Shown here in pieces: positions 13,363-28,500 of a DNA stretch of 64,000 bases; the first letter of the stretch is position 1; each line of letters opens with the position of its first letter. The position numbers and the translations under genes are program-made. The notes beneath the pieces are model-generated. The model made no database searches and was not told the origin of the DNA. It saw only the letters and a list, made by a program, of their open reading frames with translations. Origin of the DNA: Camelus dromedarius (taxonomy: Eukaryota); assembly GCF_036321535.1 (NCBI RefSeq), contig NC_087436.1, positions 79,362,001 through 79,426,000 of the forward strand, in the 5' to 3' direction.

Positions 13363-13368
13363 TTTAAT
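13363..13368 (-). terminator. Candidate HELQ polyadenylation signal (ATTAAA)
   Basis: First common poly(A) hexamer downstream of the HELQ stop on the minus strand; actual use unknown. Confidence 0.3.
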
Positions 13369-13420
13369 AAAACATATGTACAATGAATACTTCATATTTA
13401 AAAATGCTGGTCTAATGACT

Positions 13421-13528
13421 TCACGCCTTTTCAGTGGGGAAGGCCTCGACACCAGGGAAGTCAGGAGGTGGTCGCAGTAACTCCTCTACTTCTTCCTGCA
13501 AGGCCTCTGCTTTTTCATGCAACAGCAT
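13421..13528 (-). CDS. HELQ: HELQ exon 18, coding part ([10 protein letters not shown]...PTEKA*)
   Basis: tag|ATG acceptor; TGA at 13423-13421. Confidence 0.95.
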   Translation of the reverse strand: MLLHEKAEALQEEVEELLRPPPDFPGVEAFPTEKA

Positions 13529-16500
13529 CTACATACAAAACCAAGACATGAGAGAAAAATATACGTTGCTAGAGAACTGCCAACATTTTACCACTATCTA
13601 TTAGCAACCGAATCCTTACATATCAGCAATCTAGACATTAAACCTAATAATGAGACTGAAAAATGGCCACTTAAGAACAAGCGATTATAGTAAATGAAGC
13701 TGAGGCATTTAGTTAAAGCCATTTTAGCTGATCGCTGCATTTGGTATACTAAAAATAAGGGAGCTTTAATACTCTCAAAGATTTGTTTTATTGAAGACTC
13801 AGCCACATAAAAATTAACTTTTAATCTATAAAATTTAAGACAATTTTGCAAAAATTTAATTAGTTCTTGAAAACATTATCCTTTATATATGCATTTTATT
13901 ATTCCTCAAAGTTTAGTATGCTCTCTTTTAAAAATGTATCAGTGTTTCAAAGAAAAGTTTAACTCAATCTCTTAAAATTAACTTCAAAAGAAGCATAATA
14001 AACAAAAAAGTATTTCTAAACATGACACAGAGTAGATGTCAATGAGTATTTGCTGAATGATTTTTCCCCTTTCCTTAAAAAACCAGAAATAAGCTGTTGG
14101 TATTGCTTCCAGCTGGGTTTTGTGTATATTGGTGTGAAATACTTGCACTACTTCTCTTACAACATTTTTGTAATAAAAAAACTTACCAAAATCACATAGA
14201 GAAAAAAACCCACTCTCTACCAATCTGATATAAAGTAGAGCATTAGGTGGCATTATATACAGGAGACTAAAATATAATTAGGTAAGCTTTCCAGTAGTTG
14301 AGGTAATGATGACCATGTGAAATGAATCTCCCCACACATCCTGTAAGCACTACACACATCAGCAAGAACAAGTAAACTACACAAAACTCACGTGTCAGCG
14401 TTACTAGAATAGACATCACTTACTAACATCAAATTACTTGTAGTGTTGTTTACCTCTTAAAAGCCAACTAGTAACCTCTGTTACTAGTTACTACTTCTTT
14501 ACATTAAACTTCCCTGTTCAAATTACTGTGTAGTTTCTGTTCCTAATGATTAGACCCTGATATACAGCCCGAGAACAAGAAAGCACTCCAAGAACGGGGA
14601 CAAGTCAGAAAGACAAAGGAACCAGCTTGTAGGGGCTCCTGCTGGCCAACTGAGGCCCTTTGAGTACCAAAATAAGTAATGATAATAATGGACTGTACCT
14701 CATTGAATAAGTATGAAACCATGGTTCATTCTGATACAAATAAATGAATAAATAAATATATGATGAAGGAAAAGCTTTTCCTCATAGTAAAATGCCAATA
14801 AATGCAGACGGAATAATGGATTTAGAAAATCATCATTTGACAAATATCCCAGAAATAACTGAGTCAGGCAAAAATCACTGATGGATGCTAAAGCAGTTAT
14901 GTGAAAGCTTGATGAAGAATAGGGCATCTACATAGTCTCCAAGTATCCATTCCCAAAATACTAATTACAAAGGGAAAAATAACTTTCCAGTTAAGAAACT
15001 TGCCAGACGACACTTTCTTAACCAAATGATCAGAGTCATTATCAGTGATGGGATAAAGTGACATCCTATGGCTCCTGATAGGATGGACTAAGGACACACA
15101 TCATTTTTGTGGCATTCCTGCAAAAACCTGTTTAACCTTAATATAATCCCAGCTGGTTTCCTGATTTCTATTCTTGCTTCCCTATCTGCAACCTCTAACT
15201 CACTCTTCTACTCAAAATCCTGCAAGGAGTATCCATTTTTTATTGTCAAGCTGGCTGGAAAGCGGAAGGGGTGGTGGGAACGACCATGAGATGGAAGCCA
15301 CGTACTGGCTGAGCGATGAGATAGAAGAAGTATGGGTCCCTAGACACACCACTGATTCCCCACATCAGCCGTGAACTGCTTGTGCTCAAAACTGTCTAAT
15401 AAACTTTTGACACTGATAGTCATTTATTTTGGCCATTGTTGCCGCAGCTCCCTTTGTATCCTTAATAATATACAGTCTGACACCACAGTCCTGCTCTACT
15501 ACTTACTGACTGGCTGTGTTTTCTTGGATAAATCACTTAATTTCTTTAAATCTCATTTATTTATTTATTCAAATATTTGCTAAACTTGTACTACAGGTTA
15601 GATACTGTGCCAGATGCTATAGCAATGGAAACAACTATAACTTCATCTCTATCAGCCCAAAGAGTGTCCTCATCTGTAGACTGAACGTAACACCGACTCT
15701 GCCTACTTCAGAGGACTGTTGCAAAGATAATACGGTAATACAAACAATGTGAGCACCATTCAAAAGTGTAAGATGTAAGTTTACTTTTTAGCTAATTCTG
15801 ATGTATATAAGATGTTAAAAAAAAAAAAAAGAAAACTAAGCAATTTTAGGCCACAAAGAAAGAACTACAGTTGAGATCAAGAAGGAAAAAATCCTAAATG
15901 CGGTGTGATAGATTTATACACATGGAGCAGGAGCTTAATGACAAACTGGACTGTGTCTAGCAAAGGGTAACCAGGATAGTGAATGGTCTAAAACCAGATT
16001 ATTTACTACAGATGAAAGAAGCAGAAAAGAGAAACCCTTGGAGACAACAAGAGCTCTTTTCAAATATGTGAAAAACTACCAAATGAACAAAGGAATAGCC
16101 TAGTTTCACAGGGGAGTACTATGACACCATGGTAGACATTTTAAGGCAAAATTTAGCCTCATTATATTAGGATGCTCTTTGTAACACTAAGAGTCCAAAA
16201 ATAGAACTACTTAATTTCTGAAGTTGTAAGCGCCTTGTCAGTGAAAGTGTTTAAAGATGGGAAGACCAGATGTCAGGGATGCTGAGGAAAGGACTTCTGT
16301 GAAAAGGGTAGGAGGAGGCAGAATTCAATGAGTTCCAGAGTTCCCTGTACTTCAGTGAACTCTTGAAAGTGTCTTTATTTTTTAGGAGGTCCTTGTCCTC
16401 TTTTTAGCAGGACTTGTATCATAACAGATGCACTATTTTTATCCATGTATTGTGAGCATACACTTTAGTGTCTATAGTTGAATGCTTTCGTTTTTGTCTA

Positions 16501-19500
16501 AAGTATAAGGTGATGACACTACAAAATACCATAAAGAGGGGCGTGAGGGGTATACCTCAGTGGTAGAGTGCATGCTTGGCGTGAACTAAGTCCTGGTTCA
16601 AACCCCTGTGCCTCTGTTAAGGGGAAAAAAAAGTATCATAAAGGTTAAAAAATGGTTTGTTCACTTACCTTGGCTGATGAAACAATCTGCTTGGCCTGGC
16701 GTCTTGACAAATGATCAATCGTCCTTATCAGCACTTCAGGATTTGCATTAGCTAAGTACATTAGACTTTTATAACCTGCATTGTATAACTGTTTTGCTCG
16801 ACTCTGAAAAGTGTAATAAAAATAATTAGGGTCAGAATTTGGGACTAGGAAAAAATAATTAAGTGTCTTATTGAGGGGAAAAATTCATTTGCAAGAGCTA
16901 GGAATAAACGAAGATAATAAATATGAAAATGTAACACATCAGAATCCTGAGGAATTTTAGATGCGTTTGGGTGGTTTCAATTTGACTGCAAGACAGCTAG
17001 CTTTCTGTGCAGCTTAAGTCAACTGAGGTGTGTTGCAATCAGAAATGAGAAACCCATTAGGGCACTTAGGCTAGGGGCATTATTTCAGATCCCCAAGCAA
17101 TCCCTGAGGGTTAGGGGTATGTGCGTGTGTGTGAGTGTGTGTCTGCTTTCCCAAGCAGAATTCCTCTAATTTAAAAATTGAATAACAGAAAAAACTGCAA
17201 TCAAGGGTTGGTCAAAAACAGAAAGTTAAAAAACCAGCTGAGGATACTTTCTTCTCACTCTTTTAGGAAATGTAAATGACCCTCATTGCCGCCTAATCAC
17301 CACCACCTTAACCAAGCATGTCTACAGTGACAGAAGGTAATTCTTCACTGGAGTGGAGGAAGGGAGGGATGTTAAGAATGAGTGGTAGCACACATACTTG
17401 GGGAGAGAGATCCCTACCCCTACTGTTATTTTTTCCCCCCACAATGTGATTTTTCAACAGGACTGCTTTTGGATTAACAGGGATTTCTGGGAAGGCATGT
17501 CGGCAATTTATTGCCAAAAAAAAAAAAAAGATTCCCATGATATATGAGCAATAAGGCTATTGTCATCACTTGTCCTGTGATAAGACTTCACATGATAGTA
17601 AAACCTGATTTTTCAGTTAGCTGAAATTATCTCAGTTAAAAAACTGGAAAGCTACTGACCTCTAAAACTCCAGTCACTTCCATGAGAGGGATTAGCTCTG
17701 CCTTTACACAGTAAGTCAGTTTCTTAGTAAGTTCCACCAAAAGGGCTCTATAAACCCAGAACTCCTCAAGTTCCTGCAGAACACAAAGAAATATGCAGAA
17801 CTTAAATCTGGTTATTTCAAAATTTCGTTTGCATGGTAGGGGGCTCAGAAAGAATGTTCCCTTCTGTAAATTCTGGAAGTTGGGTTAAGCCAGAGGTGAA
17901 AATAACTCCAAGAAAAATTATGAAGAAACATGGCAGAGACTGAGGAATTTGATGAAATGGTTTCAGGATGAGGAAAAAGACTGAAAATTGAAAAATAAGT
18001 CAATAAGATTTCTATTCATTTTTATCAAAACATCAGCAAATGAATTGCATAGTTTTTCTTTCCCAAATGACTGAAAACAATTCTTACCTCTGGAAATTTA
18101 TCCTGAAGATAAGATATTAAATATGGAAGGATTCAAAAGCAAGACGATGGTCAGTGCAGCAATATTCAAAACAATAATAATACTAGAAGCCATGAGTCCA
18201 TAACTCTTAAAGCCAGGGTGGGGATAAATGGGTATTCATTATATTACCTTGTCTTTTTTAATATATGGTTGAAATTTTCTATAATAGTAGTTTGGTTGTC
18301 TTTTCTTTATGTTTTCTAACCTCTGGGTATCATTGTGAGTACATGATGCATGGAACAGCATGAGCTAGTCATTTTGTGACCACTAGGAAAGTAGTCAGTG
18401 CACTAAGGATGGCAGCGTACAAAGTGGGAAAGAAAACCTTGCATAACTACTGAACCAATCAATCCCGAACTGCCTTAGCTCTGGCTTCTCTGCTACATAA
18501 GATGATCATTTTTCCTTACTCTTTAAATTTCTATGGGGTTTTTCTGTTACTTGTAGTTAAAAGCATATTAACTAATATGATTGGTGTACTATTTTATCCC
18601 ACTTTCATAACTTTATAAAGAACAAAACAGTTTAAAATATTGAAAATAAATTCATGAGAATTGTCAGGTAGATTGACTCTAGAATCAACCATCAAATTAT
18701 AGTTGTTTTACAAGTTCAACCTGTAGACTGTTTCACCTGAACAATTCTGTAAGGCTCACGTCCTCACAGTCCTAAGCAAAACAAGGGGATTGAATGTTAG
18801 GGAACGCATCTTTAAATATGAAGAACAAACACAGAAAACTTAAGAAAATACATTTTAAAGGCCAGAGGCCAGTTTCTCCTTATTATCCATAATTTTTGTC
18901 TACTGATTATCTAGCATGTAATTAGGGAACATAAGCTAAAATTTAAAAATCAGCATAAGTAAAAAGTATTTAGAAACATAAATTTGCTAAAATAATTATT
19001 ATTCAATCCAAAGCCAAGCAGTTTCGGATTATTTACTCCCTTCATTAGCACATGTGATAGAATTAACTGCTAAATACATACACAGAATATGCAGGTTTAA
19101 GGTAGAGCAAATGAAGTAGATTTTAACTTTAGAATTTATAATGAAAAAAAGTTTTTAAAAATTTGAGTATAAAAACAAATATTACTGTGCCACCCAAAAA
19201 GAATAAGTTTCAATGCACCAAAAATGGCTTATATTATAAACTCATCAAAAAATTGTCTGGGTAGAAAAGTCTTGTAAGCTTTGTTATGTTATTTAAGGAA
19301 ATTCTGAAAGCTTCTTTTAGTAAAGTCTTAAACAAATCCATCCCAAATGCATATGACCAAAATTAAGTTTTCTTCTTGATTTATTTTATAAAATACACAC
19401 ATAATGTAGAAACTTAAGCAGTTGCCTGACACTGGAAGCAAAAATGGGAACACAGTACTAGGTAGTCACTGGGTAGCTGCGGGATATTGGTAACACATTA

Positions 19501-22500
19501 ATCAAACGCTTTACATGGTTATCATTCAGGATTAAGACACGCAGAATCTCATACCCCATCAATGCAGACATACATCAATGGAGAAATGTTATTTTAGGAT
19601 TTGATTACAAAGACTTGAAACTATTAATAGTAGTTCTAAGAGTAGGGATAACTGGGTACTTCCTACTTGTTCATTATATGTTTTAGTTGTGTCATTTTTG
19701 TATCTTTATTATTTGTATGTATACAATGTTTTTATAAGTGGATAAAAACAAACATGTTTTAAATAAATTTTAATAATAGAATGAGTCAACAATGAGAATA
19801 TATGAACTAGTTTTTGAGTTTAGTAACAGTTAAAACAGAAGATGCACAAAGCATATATCAACTATTTAATGGAATTACCTCACAGAAATGTAACACACAA
19901 GAGGAGAATGCAGCAGCTCCAGAGAGAAGATTTTGTATATATCCTCGAGGCATATTAAATTTTTCAGACACACTCCAAATGTTGGTCTCTTTGAGCAAGG
20001 TATAAAGAACAAAAGACAGGTATAGTCTGTTGACAATGTTCTTGTCCACCTTCTAGAAAGACACAAATAAATTTATACACTGGATCTGCTAAAAATGTAC
20101 ATTACATTCAAATTGGACAAAAGGCAAAGTGAATGAAGTTGTACTACAGGAGAGGAAGGATACAACAGTTCCACAAAAACCAAGTTCTAATGTACGCACT
20201 TTAGATTAGTTCAAATTATAATTTTTCCAAGTATAAAAAGAGAGATAAGCCAAATTGTTTCCAATTTAAATTAAATTTCCTTCTATAAGAAGTGTAGTGA
20301 GTTCAACTGTCCCCTAAAAAGAGATATGTTCAAGTCCTAACCCCTGGTATCTCAGAACGTGGCCTTACTTGGAAAGAGGATCCCTGCAGATGTAATTAGT
20401 TAAGGATCTTGAGATGAAGTCATCCTGGATGTACAAGGGACCCTTAAGGGCCCATCATTCAATGACTGGTACACTTATAAAAGGAGAGGACATTGAGTGA
20501 CAGAGAAGGTGGTATGAAGAAGCAGGTAGATGTTGAAGGGATGTGTCTACAAGCCAAGCAACACCAAAGACTGCTGACTACCACCAAAAGCTAAGAGAGA
20601 GGCAAGGTGGTTTCTTCCTCAGAGCCTCTGGAAGGAACCAATCTTGCCAACATCTTGATTTCAGACTTCTGGCCTCCTAAACTGTGACAGAATAAATTTC
20701 TGCTATTTTAGGACACCCAGTTTGTGCTGATTTGTTAAGGAAGCCTTAGGAAAAGAAGACAGGAGGAGCAGCTGGGGAAACCTTTACATTTATTGTAGTA
20801 GTTACAGGCTGTACATGTGTGTGGTTGTGATTATAAATCAGACAAACGTATTCGTTTAGCTAAATATGTTAATAAGCTTGTCTGTATCAGATTCTATGAT
20901 TTCCACATGGTCATGATAAATAATTAATGTTTCCAAAGTTAAAACACGAAAAGAAAAATGCTTCCTGTAGTTGACAATTTCTATTCTGTGTACCTGCTTT
21001 TGCCTATAGTGTTTAGTGTCTAGTGATTATTTTTTGTGTAAAGTATTTCATAGCTAACATCAAGTTAACTTAGAAATTGAGTAATTCATGCTTAAAATCA
21101 GAGGAAAAAATGATGAATATGAAAGAGAAAAAGTAGGTATAAAATTGTATTTCCTACTAGAATAAAAGAGTGTGTGAGATGAGAACTGAGGGTGGTATAT
21201 TGAAAGATGTAAGACCACAAATTCTGTATGTTGACACTGGATCACTCTTTTAAAAGCATTAAGCTGAAAAAGCATGATAGTTGAATAACAGATAGGAAAA
21301 ATCACTTTTTAATTTCCCAATTTTAGTACAACTTCATCATTAACTACAAATTGAGTCAATGTAGATTTTGCTCAGAATGTATTTTCTAAGCCAAAAACAA
21401 TGATACAAGTATATTTCATAGCAAGAAAAGCTGCTTTATGCCAGTTGCAAGATATTTTATCAGAAATGTGTAAAGAAAAGGTCTTTTCCAACATGGAGAA
21501 ATCAATTAGATTTTAAGTGTTCTGTAGAATTAAAAAAAAAAAAAGCTATTCTAAAACACCAAACTAGTAACTAATCCATTTGTAATTAAGATAAATTCAT
21601 GCTTATATTTTAAATACTTCATTTCAATTGAACATTTATTGACTGTATTTCATAAAATGTAACAAAAATAAGTTCTGATTCAAGTTTAAAAAGATGCATT
21701 ATTCTAATGAGATTTTATAAATGTTTATTATTTGGTAATGAGTTGCAAATTAATATGATTTTATTTTTATTTTATATTTTAGTGTTTGATATAAAAGGTT
21801 TAATAAATGTTTTATTGAACATTTTGAAAGGCTAACCAACATAGTCATTTCTGAGGTAAAAGACCCAAACTAAGTATTGACAAAATGAATGCTGAAGTGC
21901 TATACATTTATAATTTTATGATACATCAATACAGGGGACAGTTGCGCCATTTGTTTCAAATGTAAGTAACCAACCATCTGCCATTTTTCAAAATGAAATC
22001 AGTAATGTCTATGTAAATGTAAAAAAAGGAAAATTGTAGGTAAGATAATTAGGTTTCAATGAAGATTAGATTACCAAAGAAAACAAAAAACGAAAAACGA
22101 AAAAAAGGGAATTATGAGGTAGAAAAATGATATTAACTTAAGGAATTTGAATGCATGTTTGCCAAAGAATTATTTCCACTTCTCTTAAGTTAGTGTATGC
22201 ATGCGACACTTGCTTCATGTTTGTTGACTGAACTTTAAAACACTAAAATATAAGATACCATACAAAAGAGTACTGGATTCTCCACTTCAACCTTCTAAAA
22301 TGCTTGACGTACTTCAAGTATTTGGACAATAAAAAGTAACAAGAGAAATAAGGATCCCAAACTTGTCCTATCTTGAATCCCTGAGCATGCTTAATAAAAT
22401 TTTTCTAGAAAATACTTTTTCTCCTTTGAATTGAACTTATTTCAGGATTCTACAATATCATGAAAACATCGTACAAACATTTCACAATTTTTATAATGTA

Positions 22501-25500
22501 AGCTATAAGTAGCCTAAGAAAAATAGATGAATAAGGTTTACCTTTTCCTATGATAAACGCCTTACATGGCGGGAAGGGTATAGCTCAGTGGTAGAGTGCA
22601 TGCTTAGCATGCACAAGGTCCTGGGTTCAATCCCCAGTACCTCCATTAAAAAAATTTTTTTTTTAAATAAATAGATAAACGTAATTCCCTTCCTACCACC
22701 CAAAAAACCCCAAACAAAAAAAGCCTTACGTGTGCACAACTATTTTAGAAATACAAATGTACAAAAAAAGGGCCATCACACCATCTAGAAATAAACACTG
22801 TTTTTAAAAAATACCTAAATTTCTAGCCCTCAGATGTTTTAAATAGTAAAATAGGAATTACATTAATTTAAAGGAAAAAATGTGGACCCAAAAGATCAAG
22901 TCAACAAAGGAGATAATACAATAGCATTAATTTTGTTAAATGAACTTATGTAGGAGGGAAAAAAAAGACTATGGTACCTTCTTGATAGCTTGACCTGATG
23001 CTTTCTTCCCAATAAAGTTCTCAGAGACTCCAACCAGAGCAGCTACATTTTGTTCTGCTGGGCTGAGCTGGGTAAACTACATAGAAAAAGAATAAATATA
23101 TACAAAAATTAAGTTGTAACTTTAAAAAGTCTGCCACTTGAACCAAATCCAGTACTCACTGCACTACCACATTTTCATGATTATAAAAGATATGAAAAAA
23201 TAACACAAATTTTACTTAAAAATATTGATAGCTTAAAAGATGTATTATTAAAATATAACATATTTTAGTAGAATGACTTAAAGATATGGGCACAGTACTG
23301 TGAGTATGGACTATGATTTCCATGGACGTACTCATGTTTAATATGGGAGATATCTGGGTGGGGAGAAGAAGGAAAGGTATAGTACCACTTAGAACAACTT
23401 AGAGTAACTATTTAAAAATACGGCATTAAAAAGAAAGTTAATTTCCTGCAACTAAAAGCTACATACTGCTTCTACCTACTATGTGTTCATGAATCTAGCT
23501 TGTTCACAGTAAAACCATAATAGACTGTACTCTACCCCTTGGTTTTGTAGCATGTAGGGCCAGTTCTACCTGGCTACTGGCCATAAGAATGATATTCCTT
23601 CTCAGATATTAACATCACTGGGTTTGGTGTCTCATCATGCATGGCCCAGATAAAGCTTTCATGGAATGAAATTCTCAATCATTAGAGATGGCTTTCATGG
23701 CTTTCTTTACATTGTAAAACACAGTGGTCACCAAACCACAAGAGTAACTATCTTTGGGGGAATGGGACCAGAGATGACCCTTTTTTCTTTTCTGCACCTT
23801 TATTTTTTTTTGATAATGAATATGTTTATATTTAACAGAAAAGTAATATTTAAGTGAAACAAACAAAAATGCTATTGCCATATTGCTGCTTTAAAAACTG
23901 AAAGATTAAAGGCCCAATTTCAAATATATTTTAATGGAGGAAAAAAGTGAATAATCACTTGATAAAAATCTTATCATGATTAATAAACTAGGTAGCCTAC
24001 ATTGCAGAATCTTATCTTCTCACCTGCCTGAAGTATATCATCCAATCAGGGTTACACTGAGAAGCCATATCATAGGGAGTTGTTAGGTAAATTAGATGAA
24101 GAAGGCTTTCAAGCACAAGTCCTTCAAGACCTTTCTTCAAGTCTCTGTAGAGAATGTCACAATAAGCCAAATCTATAGTCCCTAAAAGAAAGATACAAAT
24201 AGTTCATCTTTCATAATCACCAGTGGGGAAAGAGGTGATTTTAAAGAAAGTCTGGTTTAGGAGTTACCTAAATATAGCAAAAAGTATTTAAAATCTCTTA
24301 TTATGTAATTTAGCACAACTATTTTGGCGGTCACTTTGATAGCATCCATCAACATTTAATAAGTACATACCTTCTGACCCAACTACCCTATTTTGGGAAT
24401 CTAAGCTAGAGAAGTATTTCCACACATATCCAAAAATACATGAACAGAGATGCCCATGCAGCCTTGTCTACAACTGAGAGAAATCAGAAGTAGTGTAAAT
24501 GTCCATCAATAAAAGAATGGTTAAATAGATTATGGTATCCCTACTATGGATGACTAAAGTATTAAAAGAAAAATAAGGCAGATTTAAAGAGATTGACATG
24601 TGAAGATGCTCATGATATTTTAGAAGTGAGAAAAGCAAGCTGCCCCCAAATACTTACATTATGCGCACATGTATGTATGTGTGTATGTATATACGTATAT
24701 GTATGTATGCAGACACATATGCACATACAATACAGACATATATACATGTACATGTAAAAATATCTGGAAGGATGTATATATATCAAATTGTTATGAAATT
24801 TACAGAAAACGTCTGGAAGGATTTACACCAAATTGTTATTCTTGGTAGGATATTATGATTTATGTGATGGCCTGGGGAGGAGAGCAAGAAGGAGGGATGA
24901 ACATCTTTTTTTCCACATACTTTTGCAGTATTCTAAATTACTTGTGATTCAAAACATTTTTCAACTTTTTAAAGTTGAAGTAGTCTAACAGTTTGTAAGA
25001 TTAATTTTATTAATATGAAATTACAAATCCAATTTACAGTTACAGAATAATCTCTATGTTTTCCAATGCATTTCCTCAGATTAGTAGTGAGATTTAAGTG
25101 AACTCTTACCCTTAAAAGAAGCTCGTCCCAACTTTGTAATATGAAAACTATGGAACTCATCTTCGGACCTGTAAATAGTGTCTTTTTGTAGAAGTCCTCT
25201 TTCTGTCAAAGTGGTGTCTTTTTGTAGGAGTCCTTTTTCTGTCAGGTATCTAAGTGATTCGACAGTTATTTCCCAGAGACTTTTTTCTTTCAACAAAATC
25301 TTTTGCTGAACACCAAAAAATGTACCACTCATAAAGTGGTATATGTCACCAAGATTTGTTGTAATCTGAAACAATTCAGGACATCATTGGAGCATCTTCC
25401 CTAATTCAAGGTATCATTTGAATGAATAATTAATCAAGATGATGACTCATTTCAATACCTCAAAGCTATTTAAATAAAAAATTGTTATAAATCTACATAG

Positions 25501-28500
25501 TTACATAAAGGTAATTTTACAATGGCATTTTAAAATCACAAGAAAAAATTTAAGGGAGAAGGTAGTTATCACATGCATATTTTTAATGAACACATCTACA
25601 CATTTCTCATTCAAAAACTCCTTAGGTTTTTGAATAATTTTTCACAGTATCTCCAAAGCTGTGCTGATTACTCTCTGATCAATTATTACTAATTCTGGGG
25701 GGAGGGTACAGTTCAGTGGTAGAGTGTGTGTTTAGCACGCACAAGGTCCTGGGTTGAACCCCCAGTTCATTCTCTTTCTCTCTCTACCTAATTACCTCCC
25801 TCACACACACACAAAATTATCACCAATTCCCACTCAGCCTCCTCCAGAAATCCTCCTTTCTACCCCTTTCCAGTCACCTGTGAAAGCAGTCTTTCGCTTT
25901 AAAACCTGTGTTAACAGGTTCATGTACAACTGAAAAATTGTGCTCTACACTGGAATTTAACACAACATTGTAAAGTGACTATAACACAATAAAAAATGTT
26001 AAAAAAAAAAAAGTCCAATCTACATTTCACATAAAATGTTTTTTATGACAAAAAAAAAAAAACACCCCAAAAAACAAAAAGCACCTATGTTAAAAATGAG
26101 CACACACACACAGACAGAAAACAAAACTGAAAGTCCATTAAAACAGGACCAGGCAATACTCTGACATATTACCTAAAAATAAATAGCAGTTTTCTACCTC
26201 TTTTTGTTGCTCTCATTCCCATCTCCTTTTTCTATTCTTTTGCTGCCTTTTTCCCTCCTCCCCTGATCACTAATTTAAAACTTATAATGGTGATCATAAG
26301 TAATACTTAACCCACCATTTGGTATTCAGACATAGAGCTGACTCTGAATTACAATAATTTATATTAGCCAATTTCAATGAAATCAGCATGTTATATTAAA
26401 ATATGGTCAATCAATAAGCATATTTTCTCTCTCTTATAATTCTGATGATATTTCAACTGGAAAACTTCAGTAGTAATTTCATATTAAGCCAATGTAAGGG
26501 ATAAAAAATACTGTGGAGCACAGACATTTCTTACTGCTTCTCCTCCTTTAAAAAAATCATTTTTAATATAGTATTTATTTAGGCTAAAACTGCACCTTTG
26601 AGATATTCAAGAACTAATCAGTTTGTAGATTATCAACATACTTAGTTTCTTTATTGTTTTCTACCTTGTTGATTATAGTTAACACTAGGCGTAAACAAAC
26701 AAACAAAAAACCCTTTACTTGATTCTTCTAGCTTCCATCATGTTAGCTTTCTACCCCTCTGTGAAAAACTTTTAGACACAGTGATTTAAACTCACTGGGC
26801 CTGCCTCTGCCTCTGACCTCCACAACTTCTCAAAGCTGGATTCTCCACTGTTGCCCCAATCTGCAGGTTCAGCCATGACCAACTGCAAAATCAATCAATT
26901 CATTAATTCAAGTATTTACTGAGTGGCAACCACATGCCAGGCACGGTGCTAGGCACTGGGATTCAGTGATAAATGAAAATAACTGTGGACCCTGCTGCCA
27001 CAGAGCTTACATTCTGGTGGGGTAAAGTTATTAGCTAAATAACTGCACTACTAAGAATAAAATTACATTTGGTGCAGCCACTATGGAAAATAGTATGGAG
27101 ATTCCTAAAAAAAGCTAAAAAAATAGACTTACTATATGATCCAGTAATCCCGCTTCTGGGCATATATCTGAAGAAAATTCCAATTTGAAATGACACATGC
27201 ACTGCAGTGTTCATAGCAGCACTATTTACATCAGCTAAGACATGGAAACAACCTAAATGTCCAACTGACAGATGACTAGATAAAGAATTTGTGGTATATT
27301 TATACAATGGAATACCACTCAGCCATAAAAAAGAACAAAATAATGTCATTTGCAGCAACATGGATGGACCTAGAGATCATCATACTAAGTGAAGTAAGTC
27401 AGACAGAGGAAAACAAATATCATATGATATCACTTATTAGTGGAATCAAAAAAAATGATACAAGTGAACTTACTTACAAAACAGAAAGAAACTCACAGAC
27501 ATAGAAAACAAACTTATGATTACCAAAGGGGAAAGGGTGGAGGGAGGGATAAATTAGGAGTTCGGGACTGGCAGATATAAACTACTATATATAGAAGAGA
27601 TAAGTAACAAGGTCCTACTGTATAACACAGGGAACTATATTCAATAGCTTAAAAAACCTATAATGAAAAAAATATATATGTATAACTGAATCACTATGCA
27701 GTACACCAGAAACTAACACAACACTGTAAATAAGTTATATTTCAATTAAAAAAAAAAGGCCCCCCAAAATACAATTACAAACTGATAGATGTCATTAGAG
27801 GAAGGGAATGTGGTTTTTAAAGCACACAATAGACTGACTGGACTCAGCAGTACAGGGAGGCTTTCCTAAGCAAGCGAGGCTAAGTGAAAGTTTCAGGGTT
27901 GAATGGGAGTTAACCAGACAAAGCAGTGGGTGAGAGTGAAACTGGAGATGGGGAGGTAAGATGGGCGAGTCCCAGACTTAGGGAGCACTGCCCCTACTTC
28001 TTTGCATTTCTAAATAAATTCTAGTATCAGTTTACAACTTACACAAAACAACCTGTTGAGATTTTGATTGGGATTAAACTGAATTTATAGATCAATTTGG
28101 GATGAAGTAACATCTGAACAAAACTGAGTGTTTCAATTCATGAATATGATATCTCTCTCCATTTATTTTGGTCTTCTTTAATTTCTCTCAGCAGTATTTT
28201 AGTTTTCAATGTATAGGTCTGACACGTATTAGTTAAATTTATCCCTAAGTATTTCATGGTTTTTGATGTTAGTGTAAATGGAATTGTTTTTCCAATTATT
28301 TGTAGTAAGTATGTAGAAATACAATTGAGTTTTGTACACTGACCCTGTATCCTATGACACTGCTAATTATACCCTAGTTTTTTTGTACATTTCTTTGGAT
28401 TTTTCTTGAACTCAACGCCATCAGCAAATAAGATAGTTTTACTTCTTCCTTTCCAATTCGTGTTTTTTATTTTTCGTCCTGTCTTACTGTATTGGCTACG

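Noticed and set aside
22575..22650. tRNA-like sequences (also at 3.1k, 16.5k, 25.7k, 41.7k, 63.2k)
   Set aside because: A-rich tails, target-site duplications and divergent copies show these are SINEs, not tRNA genes
24757..24840. ~50-bp imperfect duplication (tctggaaggat...caaattgttat)
   Set aside because: Internal to a decayed L1 next to a TA/CA-rich tract; likely slippage
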